From an uncultured Candidatus Saccharibacteria bacterium (GTDB taxonomy: Bacteria > Patescibacteriota > Saccharimonadia > QS-5-54-17): a stretch of 55,375 nucleotides of DNA. The translations under genes and the position numbers were made by a program. Numbering within the stretch: the stretch's first letter is position 1; every line of letters starts with the position of its first letter. Of the stretch, positions 9,497 to 20,900 are shown piece by piece. The stretch is taken from NCBI GenBank assembly GCA_964489295.1, contig CAZAXT010000001.1:1-55375 (forward strand). The letters run 5' to 3'. The notes under the pieces were generated by a model. The model made no database searches and had not been told where the DNA came from. It saw only the letters and a program-made list of their open reading frames with translations.

Positions 9497-10510
9497 ATGA
9501 GCGAGATGACACTACTATTTTGGATCCTCATATTTGCTGTCGCGCTTTTCGCGCTCGTTAAAGGGGCCGATTGGTTGCTGCTGGGCGCTGAACGTGTCGG
9601 ACTGAGTCTCGGATTGTCGCCGTTTATTATCGGAGTGACGATCGTTGGCATCGGAACCGGGTTGCCCGAAATGATTTCGGGTGTAGTAGCGGTCGTGAGC
9701 GGTGTTACTACGTTGCCGGTGGCGAACGCGGTCGGTTCGAATGTGGCCAATATTCTACTCGTCATCGGCATCCTGGCGATCTGGAGTAAACGCATTGATA
9801 TCAAAAAGAGCATCGTACGCTCAGACTTGCCACTGCTCGGTGTAGCTACCGTGGTGTTTTTAATCGTGGTGTTTAACGGGCATGTCGGCTTAGCTGAAGC
9901 GGTTATGTTGCTGGGGGTCTACGGCGCATACTTAGGATATACGATCTTCACGCGTAAACAGGCAGAAGAACCAGAAGCTAGAGAAGCTATCCCCGAAGAA
10001 GCGGCGCGGTCACCTCACTGGTGGCAGTTTTGGCGCTATTACGAATACGTTACACACCCCCATATACAGACGATAGACTGGTTGCGCATTGGATTCGGTA
10101 TTCTCGGATTAGGGTTTGGTGCCCGGTATGTCGTGGATTCGGTGACCGAGTTATCAGATATGCTCGGTATCGGTGCAGGAGTCATCGCTTTAGTCGCCAT
10201 TGCATTCGGAACCAGTCTGCCCGAGGTTATCGTATCCGTGAAAGCAGCACGGCAAGGTCAATCGGAAGTCGCGGTCGGCAACATCATCGGTTCGTCCGTT
10301 TTCAATATCCTGGTTGTCGTGGGAGCGGGCGGTTTGTTCGGCGAACTTTTGATCGATGCTGGCACATTGTCACTCGGAATCCCGTTCATGACGGCGGTTA
10401 CCCTCCTGTTTATCGTTTCGAGTATGTCCCGGCGCATTTATGCCTGGGAAGGAGCCGCCTACTTAGTTCTGTATGGATTGTTCATTGGTAAAATTATTGG
10501 GGCGTTGTAA
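9497..10510 (+). CDS. Ca2+/Na+ (CaCA family, YrbG-like) antiporter
   Basis: Polytopic membrane protein with two alpha-repeat signatures, GIGTGLPEM and AFGTSLPEV; start uncertain (ATG 9497, or ATG 9506 which lies 7 nt after CATAAT). Confidence 0.8.
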   Translation: MSEMTLLFWILIFAVALFALVKGADWLLLGAERVGLSLGLSPFIIGVTIVGIGTGLPEMISGVVAVVSGVTTLPVANAVGSNVANILLVIGILAIWSKRIDIKKSIVRSDLPLLGVATVVFLIVVFNGHVGLAEAVMLLGVYGAYLGYTIFTRKQAEEPEAREAIPEEAARSPHWWQFWRYYEYVTHPHIQTIDWLRIGFGILGLGFGARYVVDSVTELSDMLGIGAGVIALVAIAFGTSLPEVIVSVKAARQGQSEVAVGNIIGSSVFNILVVVGAGGLFGELLIDAGTLSLGIPFMTAVTLLFIVSSMSRRIYAWEGAAYLVLYGLFIGKIIGAL

Positions 10511-10540
10511 AATGCAGGTGAGAGAAAACCTGTATATTAT

Positions 10541-10627
10541 GCCGCGGTGGCGGAATTGGCAGACGCGCTAGGTTTAGGACCTAGTGGGATATTTCCCGTG
10601 TGAGTTCGAGTCTCACCCGCGGCACCA
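10541..10627 (+). tRNA. tRNA-Leu (anticodon UAG), class II with long variable arm, CCA encoded
   Basis: Acceptor GCCGCGG/CCGCGGC, 3-bp D stem GCG/CGC, anticodon stem CTAGG/CCTAG with loop TTTAGGA, variable stem GGGA/TCCC, T arm GTGAG-TTCGAGT-CTCAC, discriminator A plus CCA. Confidence 0.9.
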
Positions 10628-10758
10628 TGTTGGATCACGTAAAATCTTACACCGATGCTAACGCCAGTTCATACCTTGCTGTACCCTGAATAGAATTGTT
10701 CAGGACCGGCATTAGCTATAGGGTTTTCCGTCTCGAATTCCTCCTCGGCGGCGTGATC

Positions 10759-10767
10759 TGCTAAAAT
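10759..10767 (+). promoter_or_regulatory. Candidate extended -10 promoter for hisS (leaderless geometry)
   Basis: TGCTAAAAT (TGn plus TAAAAT); the hisS ATG at 10776 follows 8 nt later; no SD. Confidence 0.4.
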
Positions 10768-10775
10768 TACTTCTA

Positions 10776-12062
10776 ATGAGTCAATTATCCACCCAGCCGT
10801 ATAAAGGTACGCGGGACTTTTACCCCGAAGACATGCGCCTGCAGCGTTACATCTTCGATGTATGGCGGCGGGTGAGCGAACGGTTTGGCTATGAGGAGTA
10901 TACCGCTCCGCTTCTTGAGTTGACTGATTTGTACCGGGCTAAAACCGGAGAAGAGATCGTAAACGAACAGATTTATAATTTCACTGACCGGGGCGGGCGC
11001 GATGTGACGATCCGACCGGAGATGACTCCTTCGCTGGCCCGGATGGTCGCGGCCAAACAACAGGAACTGCGGTTCCCGTTGCGGTGGTACTCGATTCCGA
11101 ATCTGTGGCGATATGAACGTCCGCAGCACGGGAGACTGCGCGAGCACTGGCAACTCAACATGGATGTATTCGGCATTAAAGACATTACCGCCGAATCGGA
11201 AATGGTGCGGGCGGCACACGCTTTGATGCGTGAATTCGGTGCTGATGAAGACATGTTCACCATCAAACTCAATAACCGGGAACTCATGGGCCACATCTTC
11301 GGAGAGTATCTGCAGGTCAACGTGGATGCCGCCCATCGGCTCGGCACCTTGCTGGACCGGAAGAACAAGATGAACCAGGACGCCTTCAGGACCCAGGCCG
11401 AAGCCATACTGGGCGAGAAAACCGATCAGTTCATGGAATTGCTGGATGCCGGGCGTTTGCAGGACTTGCCCGAGCAGTTACGGGAAAGCCAACCAGCGCA
11501 GCAGCTGCGGCAGTTAGCCCATGATCTTCATGAGAGCGGTATAACCAATATACAGTTCGACGTAACCATACAACGGGGATTCGATTATTACACCGGTATC
11601 GTGTTCGAAGTCTTTGACACCAACCCCGACAATCCGCGGTCGCTTTTTGGCGGCGGTCGGTACGACGACTTGCTCGGCATCTTTCAGGCTGAACAGGTGC
11701 CGGCGGTCGGATTCGGTATGGGCGACGTCGGAACCATGGAATTCCTGCGTACGCATGAGCTTATCCCCGCTTTGCCGTCGGCGACCACCGTATATGTCGT
11801 CAGTCTCGAGCCTGAATATGCTGAACATGCCGAAGGTGTCGCGGCCCGGTTGCGCGATAATGGCATCGCGAGCGCCGTGGATACGACCGATCGTAAAATC
11901 GGCGTCAAAATCAAAACCGCCGACAAAAAATCCATTCCCTACGTCGTTATCCTCGGGGAAAAAGAAGTAGCGGCCGAACAGTACACTCTCCGGGAGTTGA
12001 GTAGCGGGGAAGAACAAACTGAGGATGTCGACGGGTTAATTGCGCGTCTACAGTCCATCTGA
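10776..12062 (+). CDS. hisS: Histidyl-tRNA synthetase
   Basis: 428 aa; class II aaRS motifs including RPEMT, GFDYYTG and GGGRYDDL; C-terminal anticodon-binding domain. Confidence 0.93.
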   Translation: MSQLSTQPYKGTRDFYPEDMRLQRYIFDVWRRVSERFGYEEYTAPLLELTDLYRAKTGEEIVNEQIYNFTDRGGRDVTIRPEMTPSLARMVAAKQQELRFPLRWYSIPNLWRYERPQHGRLREHWQLNMDVFGIKDITAESEMVRAAHALMREFGADEDMFTIKLNNRELMGHIFGEYLQVNVDAAHRLGTLLDRKNKMNQDAFRTQAEAILGEKTDQFMELLDAGRLQDLPEQLRESQPAQQLRQLAHDLHESGITNIQFDVTIQRGFDYYTGIVFEVFDTNPDNPRSLFGGGRYDDLLGIFQAEQVPAVGFGMGDVGTMEFLRTHELIPALPSATTVYVVSLEPEYAEHAEGVAARLRDNGIASAVDTTDRKIGVKIKTADKKSIPYVVILGEKEVAAEQYTLRELSSGEEQTEDVDGLIARLQSI

Positions 12063-12076
12063 TAGAGTGGCTCTTT

Positions 12077-13567
12077 ATGAATACTTCAATCGAACAAACC
12101 GGCAATAAAGCAACATTAACTATTACGGCAGGAGAAGACGACCTCACTCCGACCGTCCGCAACGTCTACAATAAGTTGCGCGAATCGGTCGAAGCTGACG
12201 GATTCCGTAAAGGAAAAGCGCCCAATAACATCGTTGAGCGCGAAATCGGAACTGACAAAGTGCACGCCGAAGTCATCGATGCCGCGGCAGAAAAGCTGTA
12301 CCGGCACGCGATACAGGAGCAGGGAATCCGTCCCGTTTCCAATCCGGAAGTCTCGGTCAAGAAATTCACGCCCTACACCGAACTGGAACTGGAAGTAACG
12401 GTAGAAACTATGCCTGAAGTCAAATTGCCCGATTATACCCAAGTGTCCAAGTCGCTCGAATCCACCGATGTCACCGAGCAAGAAGTCAATGACGTACTGG
12501 AATCGCTCCGGGAGCGTTTGGCTGAACGTCAGGAAGTCGAGCGTGCGGCCCAGTCCGGAGATGAGATTACCATCGACTTTAAAGGCACGAGAGACGGGGA
12601 GGACGTTCCGGGCGCCCAAGCCGACGATTACCCCTTGCTTTTGGGGAGTGAACGGTTTATCCCGGGTTTCGAACAGGAATTGATCGGGCTTAAGCCTGGC
12701 GAGGAAAAACAGTTCAGCTTAACGTTTCCGGATGATTACACCGAGGACTCCTTAGCTGGCAAACAGATTGATTTTCATGTCACGGTCAAAAACGTAACCG
12801 AAGTCGCCAAACCCGAAGTCAACGATGAGTTTGCGCAAAACGCGGGACCGTTCCAGAATCTGGCCGGATTACAGGAAGACGTGCGTAACCATTTGCAATC
12901 CGAGAAGGAACAAGGATCGCAACGGCGACTGGAAAACGAGATCATCCAGGAAGTCGTGGATAATACGGAAGTCGATCTGCCCGATTCCATGCTGGAGCAG
13001 GAACGGGAACGGGTGCAGTCCGACATCAACCAACGGCTGTCCGAGCAAGGGTATGATCTGGAAACGTACCTCCAACAAACCGGCAAAACCCAGCAACAGC
13101 ATGAAGAGGACATCGAAGAACAAACCAGGGAACGGGTCAAAACCGCGTTAGTGCTGACGGAGATCGCCCGGGCGGAAGGATTGGAAATTACTCCAGACGA
13201 ACTGGAAATGCGTATGCAGGTATTGGCGGGCCAGTATCAGGATGACCAGATGCAACAAGAGATGCAAAAACCCGAGGCCCGGCGTGATGTGTCCAACCAG
13301 ATGCTGGCCGAGAAGACCGTGCAACAATTAGTACAGTACGCTACCGAAAACCAAGGAGCGGAGGGTCAGTCTGACGCGAATAAAGACCAGTCCGGTGCGG
13401 ACGAGCGCCAATCACCTTCGAGCGGAAGCGGTAAAGGCGCCAAGAAGCAAAGCAACTCGAAAAGCAGTTCCAAGCAACAATCTTCCAAATCGACGAAAAA
13501 ACAATCCGGATCGTCCAAGCGCTCCACCTCCTCTGGTCAGCAAAGCAAGAAAAAGGAAACAAAATAA
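12077..13567 (+). CDS. tig: Trigger factor with Lys/Ser/Gln-rich C-terminal tail
   Basis: 496 aa; ribosome-binding signature GFRKGKAP, FKBP-type PPIase core (ITIDFKGT...ERFIPGFEQELIG), C-terminal chaperone arm, then an approximately 70-aa low-complexity tail. Confidence 0.9.
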   Translation: MNTSIEQTGNKATLTITAGEDDLTPTVRNVYNKLRESVEADGFRKGKAPNNIVEREIGTDKVHAEVIDAAAEKLYRHAIQEQGIRPVSNPEVSVKKFTPYTELELEVTVETMPEVKLPDYTQVSKSLESTDVTEQEVNDVLESLRERLAERQEVERAAQSGDEITIDFKGTRDGEDVPGAQADDYPLLLGSERFIPGFEQELIGLKPGEEKQFSLTFPDDYTEDSLAGKQIDFHVTVKNVTEVAKPEVNDEFAQNAGPFQNLAGLQEDVRNHLQSEKEQGSQRRLENEIIQEVVDNTEVDLPDSMLEQERERVQSDINQRLSEQGYDLETYLQQTGKTQQQHEEDIEEQTRERVKTALVLTEIARAEGLEITPDELEMRMQVLAGQYQDDQMQQEMQKPEARRDVSNQMLAEKTVQQLVQYATENQGAEGQSDANKDQSGADERQSPSSGSGKGAKKQSNSKSSSKQQSSKSTKKQSGSSKRSTSSGQQSKKKETK

Positions 13568-13571
13568 CCTG

Positions 13572-13598
13572 TTAGCGCTCTTGGAATTAGAGTGCTAA
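13572..13598 (+). other. 9-bp hairpin between tig and clpP
   Basis: TTAGCGCTC / GAGTGCTAA (one G-U), 9-nt loop; no U tract follows, so not a classic terminator. Confidence 0.35.
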
Positions 13599-13604
13599 TA
13601 CGGT

Positions 13605-14213
13605 ATGATTGAGAGTATGGAACGTACGGAGACCGGGCAGTTTATCGTGCCGACCGTCCTGGAGAAGACCCATTACGGTGAACGTGCCTATGACATCTAT
13701 TCGCGATTACTCAAAGACAACATCATCTTCGTGGGCATGCCCATCGATGATACCGTCGCCAATCTCGTGGTGGCGCAGCTGTTGCACCTTTCCCACGAAA
13801 ACCCCAAGAAAGATATCCAGCTGTTTATCAACACGCCGGGCGGAAGTGTCAGCGCCGGTATGGCGATTTACGACACCATGCAGTATGTCGGTCCGGATAT
13901 CTCTACCATGTGCGTGGGTATGGCGGCCAGTATGGGCGCCGTATTACTCGCTGGCGGTACGAGAGAAAAACGATACGCATTGCCCCGCTCCCGGGTTATG
14001 ATGCACCAACCTTCGGCCGGTTTCGAGGGGACGGCTTCGGATATCGAAATCAGCGCCCAGGAGACCATCCGGATCAAGGAAGAAGTTATCAAAACCCTTG
14101 CCGCCGATACGGGGAAAACCTACAAGACCATTGAAAAAGATATCGACCGGGATAAGTGGCTGCCCGCCAAGGACGCACAGGAATACGGGCTTATCGACTC
14201 GGTCGTTACCTAA
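13605..14213 (+). CDS. clpP: ATP-dependent Clp protease proteolytic subunit
   Basis: 202 aa; [13 protein letters not shown], catalytic Ser in GMAASMGA, His in MMHQP; alternative start at 13617. Confidence 0.95.
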   Translation: MIESMERTETGQFIVPTVLEKTHYGERAYDIYSRLLKDNIIFVGMPIDDTVANLVVAQLLHLSHENPKKDIQLFINTPGGSVSAGMAIYDTMQYVGPDISTMCVGMAASMGAVLLAGGTREKRYALPRSRVMMHQPSAGFEGTASDIEISAQETIRIKEEVIKTLAADTGKTYKTIEKDIDRDKWLPAKDAQEYGLIDSVVT

Positions 14214-14219
14214 CGTGTA

Positions 14220-14247
14220 TTGACACCACGCATATATCTCTTAGAAT
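14220..14247 (+). promoter_or_regulatory. Candidate sigma70-type promoter for rpoBC
   Basis: TTGACA (14220-14225), 16-nt spacer, TAGAAT (14242-14247), about 130 nt upstream of rpoB. Confidence 0.55.
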
Positions 14248-14379
14248 AGTGTGCAAAGGGGAAGAATAAACTGGTGCCGCCTATGCGCCCATTGTTTAGT
14301 GGCTCCTCACAAAAACGATCTCCAATTTATCATCAAACCAATATCATAATCATTAGCTAGCAAAGGAGCATGCCACTCT

Positions 14380-17300
14380 ATGAGCGCTCAACGTGAACGC
14401 GTATCCTATTCCCAATCACAAAACTTGATCCCGCTTCCCAACTTGTTACAAGCCCAGCACGAGTCATTCCAATGGTTTATAGAAGAGGGCCTACACGAAC
14501 TCTTTGCTGAAATAAATCCGGTCGAGGACTACACCGGTACCAAGTTATCTCTGACGTTCAAGGATTATTACTTCGATGAACCGAAGATGAGCGAATGGGA
14601 GGCCAAAGAAAACAACGTCTCCTACGACTCTTCGCTGTACGTCACCGTGGAACTCGTCAACAAAGTAACCGGTGAAGTCAAGGAACAGGAAATCTACTTG
14701 GGCGATTATCCCATGATGACGGAACGGGCTACCTTTATTATCAACGGCGCTGAGCGAGCGGTGGTTTCCCAGATTATCCGGAGCCCGGGTGTCTTCTTTA
14801 CGGCAGAGAGTGGCAGCGACCGTGCCCGTTACGGAGCCAAAGTTATACCCGGCCGCGGTGCTTGGCTCGAATTCGAAACCGCCCAGAACGGGGAGATCAA
14901 CGTCAAAATCGACCGCCGCAAGAAGTTGCCGGCCACTACGCTGTTACGGGCTATGGGATTGAGTACGAACAAGCAGATCAAAGAGGTGCTCACCCAGGTA
15001 ACCGGCGAGGACGTAGACCACGTGAAAACCACGCTGGACAAAGATCCGGCAAAGAACACCAGCGAGGCGCTGATCGAAGTGTACCGTCGTTTGCGACCCG
15101 GCGACTTGGCGACCGTGGAAAACGCCAAAGCACTCATCGATAGCACATTCTTTGAATTCAAACGGTTCGACCTTTCCAGGGTCGGCCGGTACAAGATCAA
15201 CCGTCGCTTAGGGCTCGAAACGCCGAATGATACCGATCACCGGGTCATGCAGGTGGACGATGTGGTAGCGATCATTAATGAAATCATCCGTCTGAACCAA
15301 ACTCAGGAACCCGAGGACGAAATCGATTCCTTCGCCAATCGCCGCTTGAAGATGGTTGGGGAATTGATCCAACGTTACTTCCGGATCGGTTTACTGCGAA
15401 TGGATCGGAATATGAAAGACCGGATGAGCGTCTACGATCTGGAAGAAGTAACCGCTCAGCAGTTGTTGAATGCACGCCCGGTTGTGGCCAGCGTCCGCGA
15501 ATTCTTCGCCAGTTCCCAACTCAGCCAATTCATGGAACAGGTTAATCCGTTAGCGGAGTTGACGCACAAACGCCGGCTGAGCGCGACCGGTCCGGGTGGT
15601 TTGAGCCGTGAACGTGCCGGCTTCGAAGTGCGGGATATGCACCGGACGCACTACGGCCGGGTTTGTATGGTTGAGACGCCCGAGGGTCCGAACGTGGGGC
15701 TTGTCTTGAGCTTGACCACGTATGCCCGGATCAACGAGTACGGATTTATCGAAACTCCGTATCGGAAAGTGGTGACGGACGTTCCCGTATCTGAGGCGAG
15801 CGGGTACACAACCCGCCAGGATGTCCTCGATGAATCGGGCAAAAGTGTCGTAGCAATGGACACCGAATTATCCGACAGCGATGTCAAGAATCTGCAGAAA
15901 GCCGGCATCGAAACCGTGCCCGTCCAACCGGTTGCCACCACCGAGGTCGTGTATCTGGATCCACAGGATGAAGATGACACCGTGATCGCTGATGCCAGCA
16001 ACTCGCTCGATGAGAACGGACGCTTCAAGGAAGACCGGGTGTCGGTCAGACGTGCCGGCCGTCCCGGGGAAGAAGAAATCAGCCACGTTACCCACATGGA
16101 CATTTCGCCCCAGCAAACCATCGGCATTACGGCCGGTTTGATCCCGTTCATTGAGCAGGACGACGTAACCCGGGCACTCATGGGTTCCAACCAGTCCCGC
16201 CAGGCGGTCCCGCTTTTGCGTCCGGAGGCACCGATCGTGGGAACCGGAATGGAAGGGCCGGCTGCCTTTAACTCCCGGCAGTTAATCACCGCTCAGGACG
16301 AGGGAACCGTTTCCAAAGCGACCGCCAAAGAAATCGTAGTCGACTACAAAAACAAAGGCCAGGTCACGCATCCTTTGCATATATTCACCCGGAGTAACGA
16401 CGGAACCGCGATTACGCATCAGGCCGCGGTCAAATCAGGCCAAAAAGTCAAAGAAGGTGACTTACTGGCCGATGGTATGAGCACTGATTATGGCGAACTG
16501 GCCATCGGCGCCAATCTACTGGTCGGATTCATGCCCTGGGAAGGCTATAACTTTGAAGACGCCATCGTCATTTCCCGCCGCTTGGTCGAAGACGACACTT
16601 TAACCTCGGTTCATATCGAAGAGTTTTCCATGGAAGTCCGGGAAACCAAACTTGGCCCCGAGCAAGTTACCCGTGATATTCCGAACGTATCCGAAGACGC
16701 CCTGGCCAATCTGGATGAAACGGGCGTCGTCCGTGTCGGCGCGGAAGTCAAACCCGGCGATATCCTGGTCGGGAAGATTACTCCCAAGGGCGAACAAGAA
16801 TTATCCAGTGAAGAACGCCTGCTCAGAGCCGTGTTCGGTGAGAAAGCCAAAGATGTCCGCGACTCTTCCCGCCGTATGCCCGGCGGCAAACACGGCAAGG
16901 TTGTCGGAGTCAAAGTGTTTTCCCGGGAAAGCGGTCACGAACTCAAAGCCGGTATCCTCCAAAACGTACACGTCTACGTAGCGCAAACCCGGAAGATATC
17001 GGTCGGCGATAAACTCGGCGGCCGGCACGGCAACAAAGGAGTCATTGCGCGCGTCCTCCCCCAAGAGGATATGCCGTTCATGGAAGATGGAACCCCGATG
17101 GATATTCTGTTGAACCCGCTCGGGGTCGCCCAGCGCATGAACATCGGTCAGATATTCGAAACCCACCTAGGATGGGCGGCATCAGCTTTGGGATACAACG
17201 TGGCCGTGCCCCCGTTCGAAAAAATGTCTACCGAACAGATCAAAGAAGAACTCAAGAAAGCGGGCTTACCCGAAGACGGGAAAACCCAACTCTACGACGG

Positions 17301-17904
17301 GAGAACCGGAGAGTCATTCAAAGAATCGACAACTGTTGGCTACATTTACATCAACAAGCTCAAGCACATGATCGATGACAAGATCCACGCCCGCTCGACC
17401 GGGCCGTATACCATGGTTACCCAGCAACCACTGGGCGGTAAGGCGCAGAATGGCGGACAGCGGTTCGGCGAAATGGAGGTCTGGGCGCTGGAAGCATACG
17501 GCGTGGCCCATACCTTGCAGGAGATGCTGACCATCAAGTCCGACGATGTTATCGGCCGCTCGAAAGCCTATGAGTCGATCATTAAGTCGGATGACATCCA
17601 CGGTCCGAGATTGCCCGAATCGTTCAATGTCCTGGTTAAAGAGCTCCAGAGTTTGAATCTGGATGTCGATCTGGTCAAATCCGAGGAAGTCGTAGGAGCC
17701 GAGAAAATACTGGAACAGAAGTACAAATCGGACATAGAAGAAACACCGGTCATAAATGAGGACCCCGGTCCTACGGTGGATGTAACCGAAGACGCGGATG
17801 AAGATGACTTCGCGCTTGAAGAAGAGGAGGAAAAAGCCGAAACGTCCTCTGAATCAGAAGAAAAGGAATCGGCAAGCGTAACCGAGGAAGAAGGTAAGGA
17901 GTAA
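14380..17904 (+). CDS. rpoB: DNA-directed RNA polymerase subunit beta
   Basis: 1174 aa; conserved beta blocks throughout (for example GEMEVWALEAYG near the C-terminus); about 50-aa acidic C-terminal tail. Confidence 0.98.
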   Translation: MSAQRERVSYSQSQNLIPLPNLLQAQHESFQWFIEEGLHELFAEINPVEDYTGTKLSLTFKDYYFDEPKMSEWEAKENNVSYDSSLYVTVELVNKVTGEVKEQEIYLGDYPMMTERATFIINGAERAVVSQIIRSPGVFFTAESGSDRARYGAKVIPGRGAWLEFETAQNGEINVKIDRRKKLPATTLLRAMGLSTNKQIKEVLTQVTGEDVDHVKTTLDKDPAKNTSEALIEVYRRLRPGDLATVENAKALIDSTFFEFKRFDLSRVGRYKINRRLGLETPNDTDHRVMQVDDVVAIINEIIRLNQTQEPEDEIDSFANRRLKMVGELIQRYFRIGLLRMDRNMKDRMSVYDLEEVTAQQLLNARPVVASVREFFASSQLSQFMEQVNPLAELTHKRRLSATGPGGLSRERAGFEVRDMHRTHYGRVCMVETPEGPNVGLVLSLTTYARINEYGFIETPYRKVVTDVPVSEASGYTTRQDVLDESGKSVVAMDTELSDSDVKNLQKAGIETVPVQPVATTEVVYLDPQDEDDTVIADASNSLDENGRFKEDRVSVRRAGRPGEEEISHVTHMDISPQQTIGITAGLIPFIEQDDVTRALMGSNQSRQAVPLLRPEAPIVGTGMEGPAAFNSRQLITAQDEGTVSKATAKEIVVDYKNKGQVTHPLHIFTRSNDGTAITHQAAVKSGQKVKEGDLLADGMSTDYGELAIGANLLVGFMPWEGYNFEDAIVISRRLVEDDTLTSVHIEEFSMEVRETKLGPEQVTRDIPNVSEDALANLDETGVVRVGAEVKPGDILVGKITPKGEQELSSEERLLRAVFGEKAKDVRDSSRRMPGGKHGKVVGVKVFSRESGHELKAGILQNVHVYVAQTRKISVGDKLGGRHGNKGVIARVLPQEDMPFMEDGTPMDILLNPLGVAQRMNIGQIFETHLGWAASALGYNVAVPPFEKMSTEQIKEELKKAGLPEDGKTQLYDGRTGESFKESTTVGYIYINKLKHMIDDKIHARSTGPYTMVTQQPLGGKAQNGGQRFGEMEVWALEAYGVAHTLQEMLTIKSDDVIGRSKAYESIIKSDDIHGPRLPESFNVLVKELQSLNLDVDLVKSEEVVGAEKILEQKYKSDIEETPVINEDPGPTVDVTEDADEDDFALEEEEEKAETSSESEEKESASVTEEEGKE

Positions 17905-17906
17905 CC

Positions 17907-20900
17907 ATGGCTGATTATTTGCACGAGAAAAATGCCTCCGATTTTGACGCGATCCAACTTAGCATCGCCGGGCCCGATGAAATCCTGTCGTGGTCCCACG
18001 GAGAAGTATTAAAACCGGAAACGATTAACTACCGGACGCAAAAACCGGAAAAGGACGGCCTTTTCGATGAACGTATCTTCGGTCCGACCAAGGATTTCGA
18101 ATGCTATTGCGGTAAGTATAAGGGCGCCCATTATCGCGGCGTAACCTGTGACAGGTGTGGCGTGCTGGTCGCCCGGGCCATCGTTCGGCGCGAACGCATG
18201 GGACATATCGCCCTGGCGGTTCCGGTTACACACGTCTGGTTTTTGCGCCGGACTCCCTCCAGTATCGGCCTCATATTGAACATGACCGGCAAGAATCTGG
18301 AGAAAATCGCCTACTTCGCCAATTACGCGGTTACCAGTGTGGACGAGGATAAAAAACAAGAATACCTCCAGGAAATGGAGACTGCCTACGAGAACAACAA
18401 AGCTGCCATCAAGCAAAAATTCGAGGAAATGGCTTCCCAGGAAGGACAGGATGAGCAGGCGCTTGCCCAACAACGAAACCAGGAGCTCGAAGAAGCGGAA
18501 GAAGCATACACGACCGGCCGGTCACGATTGGAGTCATTGGTAGAAAAAGCGCTGCTCAGCGAGCAGGATTACCGGGAGTTGCGGAGTCAATATTCCGATG
18601 TATTCAGCGCCCAAACCGGAGCGGAAGCCATCAAGACCTTACTCAAGAATATAGACCTCGACCAAACGGTCGAAGAACTGCATGAAGCCGCCCAGGAAAC
18701 CCAGGGCCAACGGCAACGCAAGATTCTCAAACGTTTGAAGAAACTGGAAGGGATGCAGAAAGCCGGCATCAAGCCGGAATGGATGATCGTTGAACACGTC
18801 CCCGTGATTCCGCCCGAATTGCGACCCATGGTCCAGTTGACCGGTGGCCGGTTCGCCACATCGGACTTGAATGACCTGTATCGGCGAGTCATTAACCGGA
18901 ACAACCGGCTCAAGAAACTGATCGATCTGAACGCCCCCGAAGTCATATGCCGCAACGAAATGCGCATGCTCCAGGAGGCAGTCGACGCACTGATCGATAA
19001 CAGCCATGTCCGCGGCGGCCGGGCTGTCAATGCGGCCGGCGGACGGCGCAAACTCAAGAGTCTCAGTGACCAGCTGCGCGGTAAGCAGGGCCGGTTCCGC
19101 CAAAACCTGCTCGGGAAACGGGTCGACTATTCTGGCCGGAGCGTAATCGTTTCCGGGCCCGATCTCGAATTGCATCAGTGCGGTTTGCCTAAGATGATGG
19201 CGCTTGATCTGTTCAAGCCGTTTATCATCGGCAAATTAATGGAAGATGAGACGGCGCATAACGTCAAAGCGGCCAGCCAGATGATCGACAACAATGAACC
19301 GGTTATCTGGGATGCGCTGGATGCGGTGATCGAAGATAAATACGTGTTACTCAATCGTGCGCCAACGTTGCACCGGCTCGGCGTCCAGGCGTTCCAGCCG
19401 GTTTTGATCGAAGGAAAGGCGATCCAGCTGCATCCATTAGTGTGTAGCGGGTTCAACGCCGACTTTGATGGTGACCAGATGGCAGTCCACGTGCCCCTCA
19501 GTGACGAAGCCCAGTCCGAAGCCCGGGAAATTATGGCATCGGACAAGAACCTGCTATACCCTTCCGACGGCACCGTTATGGTATCGATCATGCAGGACAT
19601 GGTGTTGGGGGCGTACTATATGACGTACGAACCGCAATCCATAGATGATACGCCGCAGCACTCCTATGCTTCCGAATCCGAAGCCATCTATGCGTATGAG
19701 TCGGGCAATATTACCCTGCAAACACCGATATCGGTACTGTGCGATGATGGTGAAATGCGGGCGACAACGGTCGGACGTATCATGTTTAACCAGATTCTTC
19801 CCGAAGATTTCGGTTTCAGAAACCACACTTTCATCAAATCCGATCTGACCGGTCTTGCCACGGAAATCTTTAACCAGTATGGCATGGACACTCTGGGCGA
19901 GATTGCCAACCGAATCAAGGAAATCGGGTTCGAGTACGCCACCAATTCCGGACTGTCTACGGGAATGGATGACTATATCATCCCCGAGGCTAAACAGGAC
20001 ATCGTTCAACAGGGCGAGGACCGTGCTACCGAGATAGATGAACAGTACGATCAAGGGCTGATCACCGAGGAAGAACGGTATCGTTTAACCGTGGATGCAT
20101 GGCTAAAAGCCAGTGACCAACTCCAGGACACCGTCAAGGAAGATTTCCAGCAACAGGAAAACAGCACTACTATCATCACGCTTTCCGGCGCCCGGGCGAA
20201 GCTGGGCGCAGTCAACCAGATCATCGGTATGATCGGTCTGCGTCAGGACGTCTACGGCAATACTATCGAGCTTCCCATCAAAAGCAACTACAAAGAAGGG
20301 TTGGACGTACTGGAATACTTCACGGATGCCCGCGGTTCCCGCAAAGGGTTAATTGATACCGCCCTTAAGACGGCTGACTCGGGATATCTGACCCGTCGGT
20401 TGGTCGATGTTTCCCAGGACGTCTTCACGGTCGAAGACGATTGCGGCGATGAAGAAGGTGTCGCCATGGGGCGCGAAGAAGCCCATGACTTGGATGTCGG
20501 ATTCGCCGAGCGGTTGAGCGGCCGGGTTGCGGCCGAAGACGTGGAAGATATCGTCCGGAACGGGCAACTGATCGGCCGCGAGCAAGCCGAGGCGATCGAA
20601 TCCAGCGACCGGGAAACGGTCCGCGTCCGCAGTCTATTGCGGTGCCGCTCGATCCGCGGCGTGTGCCGGCAATGTTATGGTCAGGATCTTTCAACCGGCG
20701 AAATGGTTGATATCCGCGTTCCCATCGGTGTAATGGCTGCCCAGGCCATCGGTGAGCCGGGTACCCAGTTAACGTTGCGGACGTTCCACAGCGGCGGTGG
20801 TGCCGGAGAAGACATTACCCAAGGGTTACCGCGTGTCAACGAACTGTTCGAAGCCCAAAATCCGAAAGGTCAAGCCCAGATCGCCGATGTGGAAGGCACG

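Noticed and set aside
10785-10793. DnaA-box-like TTATCCACC, and the possibility of oriC given the nearby parAB.
   Set aside because: It is a single 8/9 match inside the hisS coding region. There is no cluster of boxes, AT-rich unwinding element or dnaA/dnaN in the window.
14283-14360. 25-codon uORF in the rpoB leader as another bridging ORF.
   Set aside because: It starts 70 nt after the clpP stop, downstream of a good promoter, and ends 20 nt before rpoB. Its geometry does not match the abutting class, so it was used as a contrast case only.
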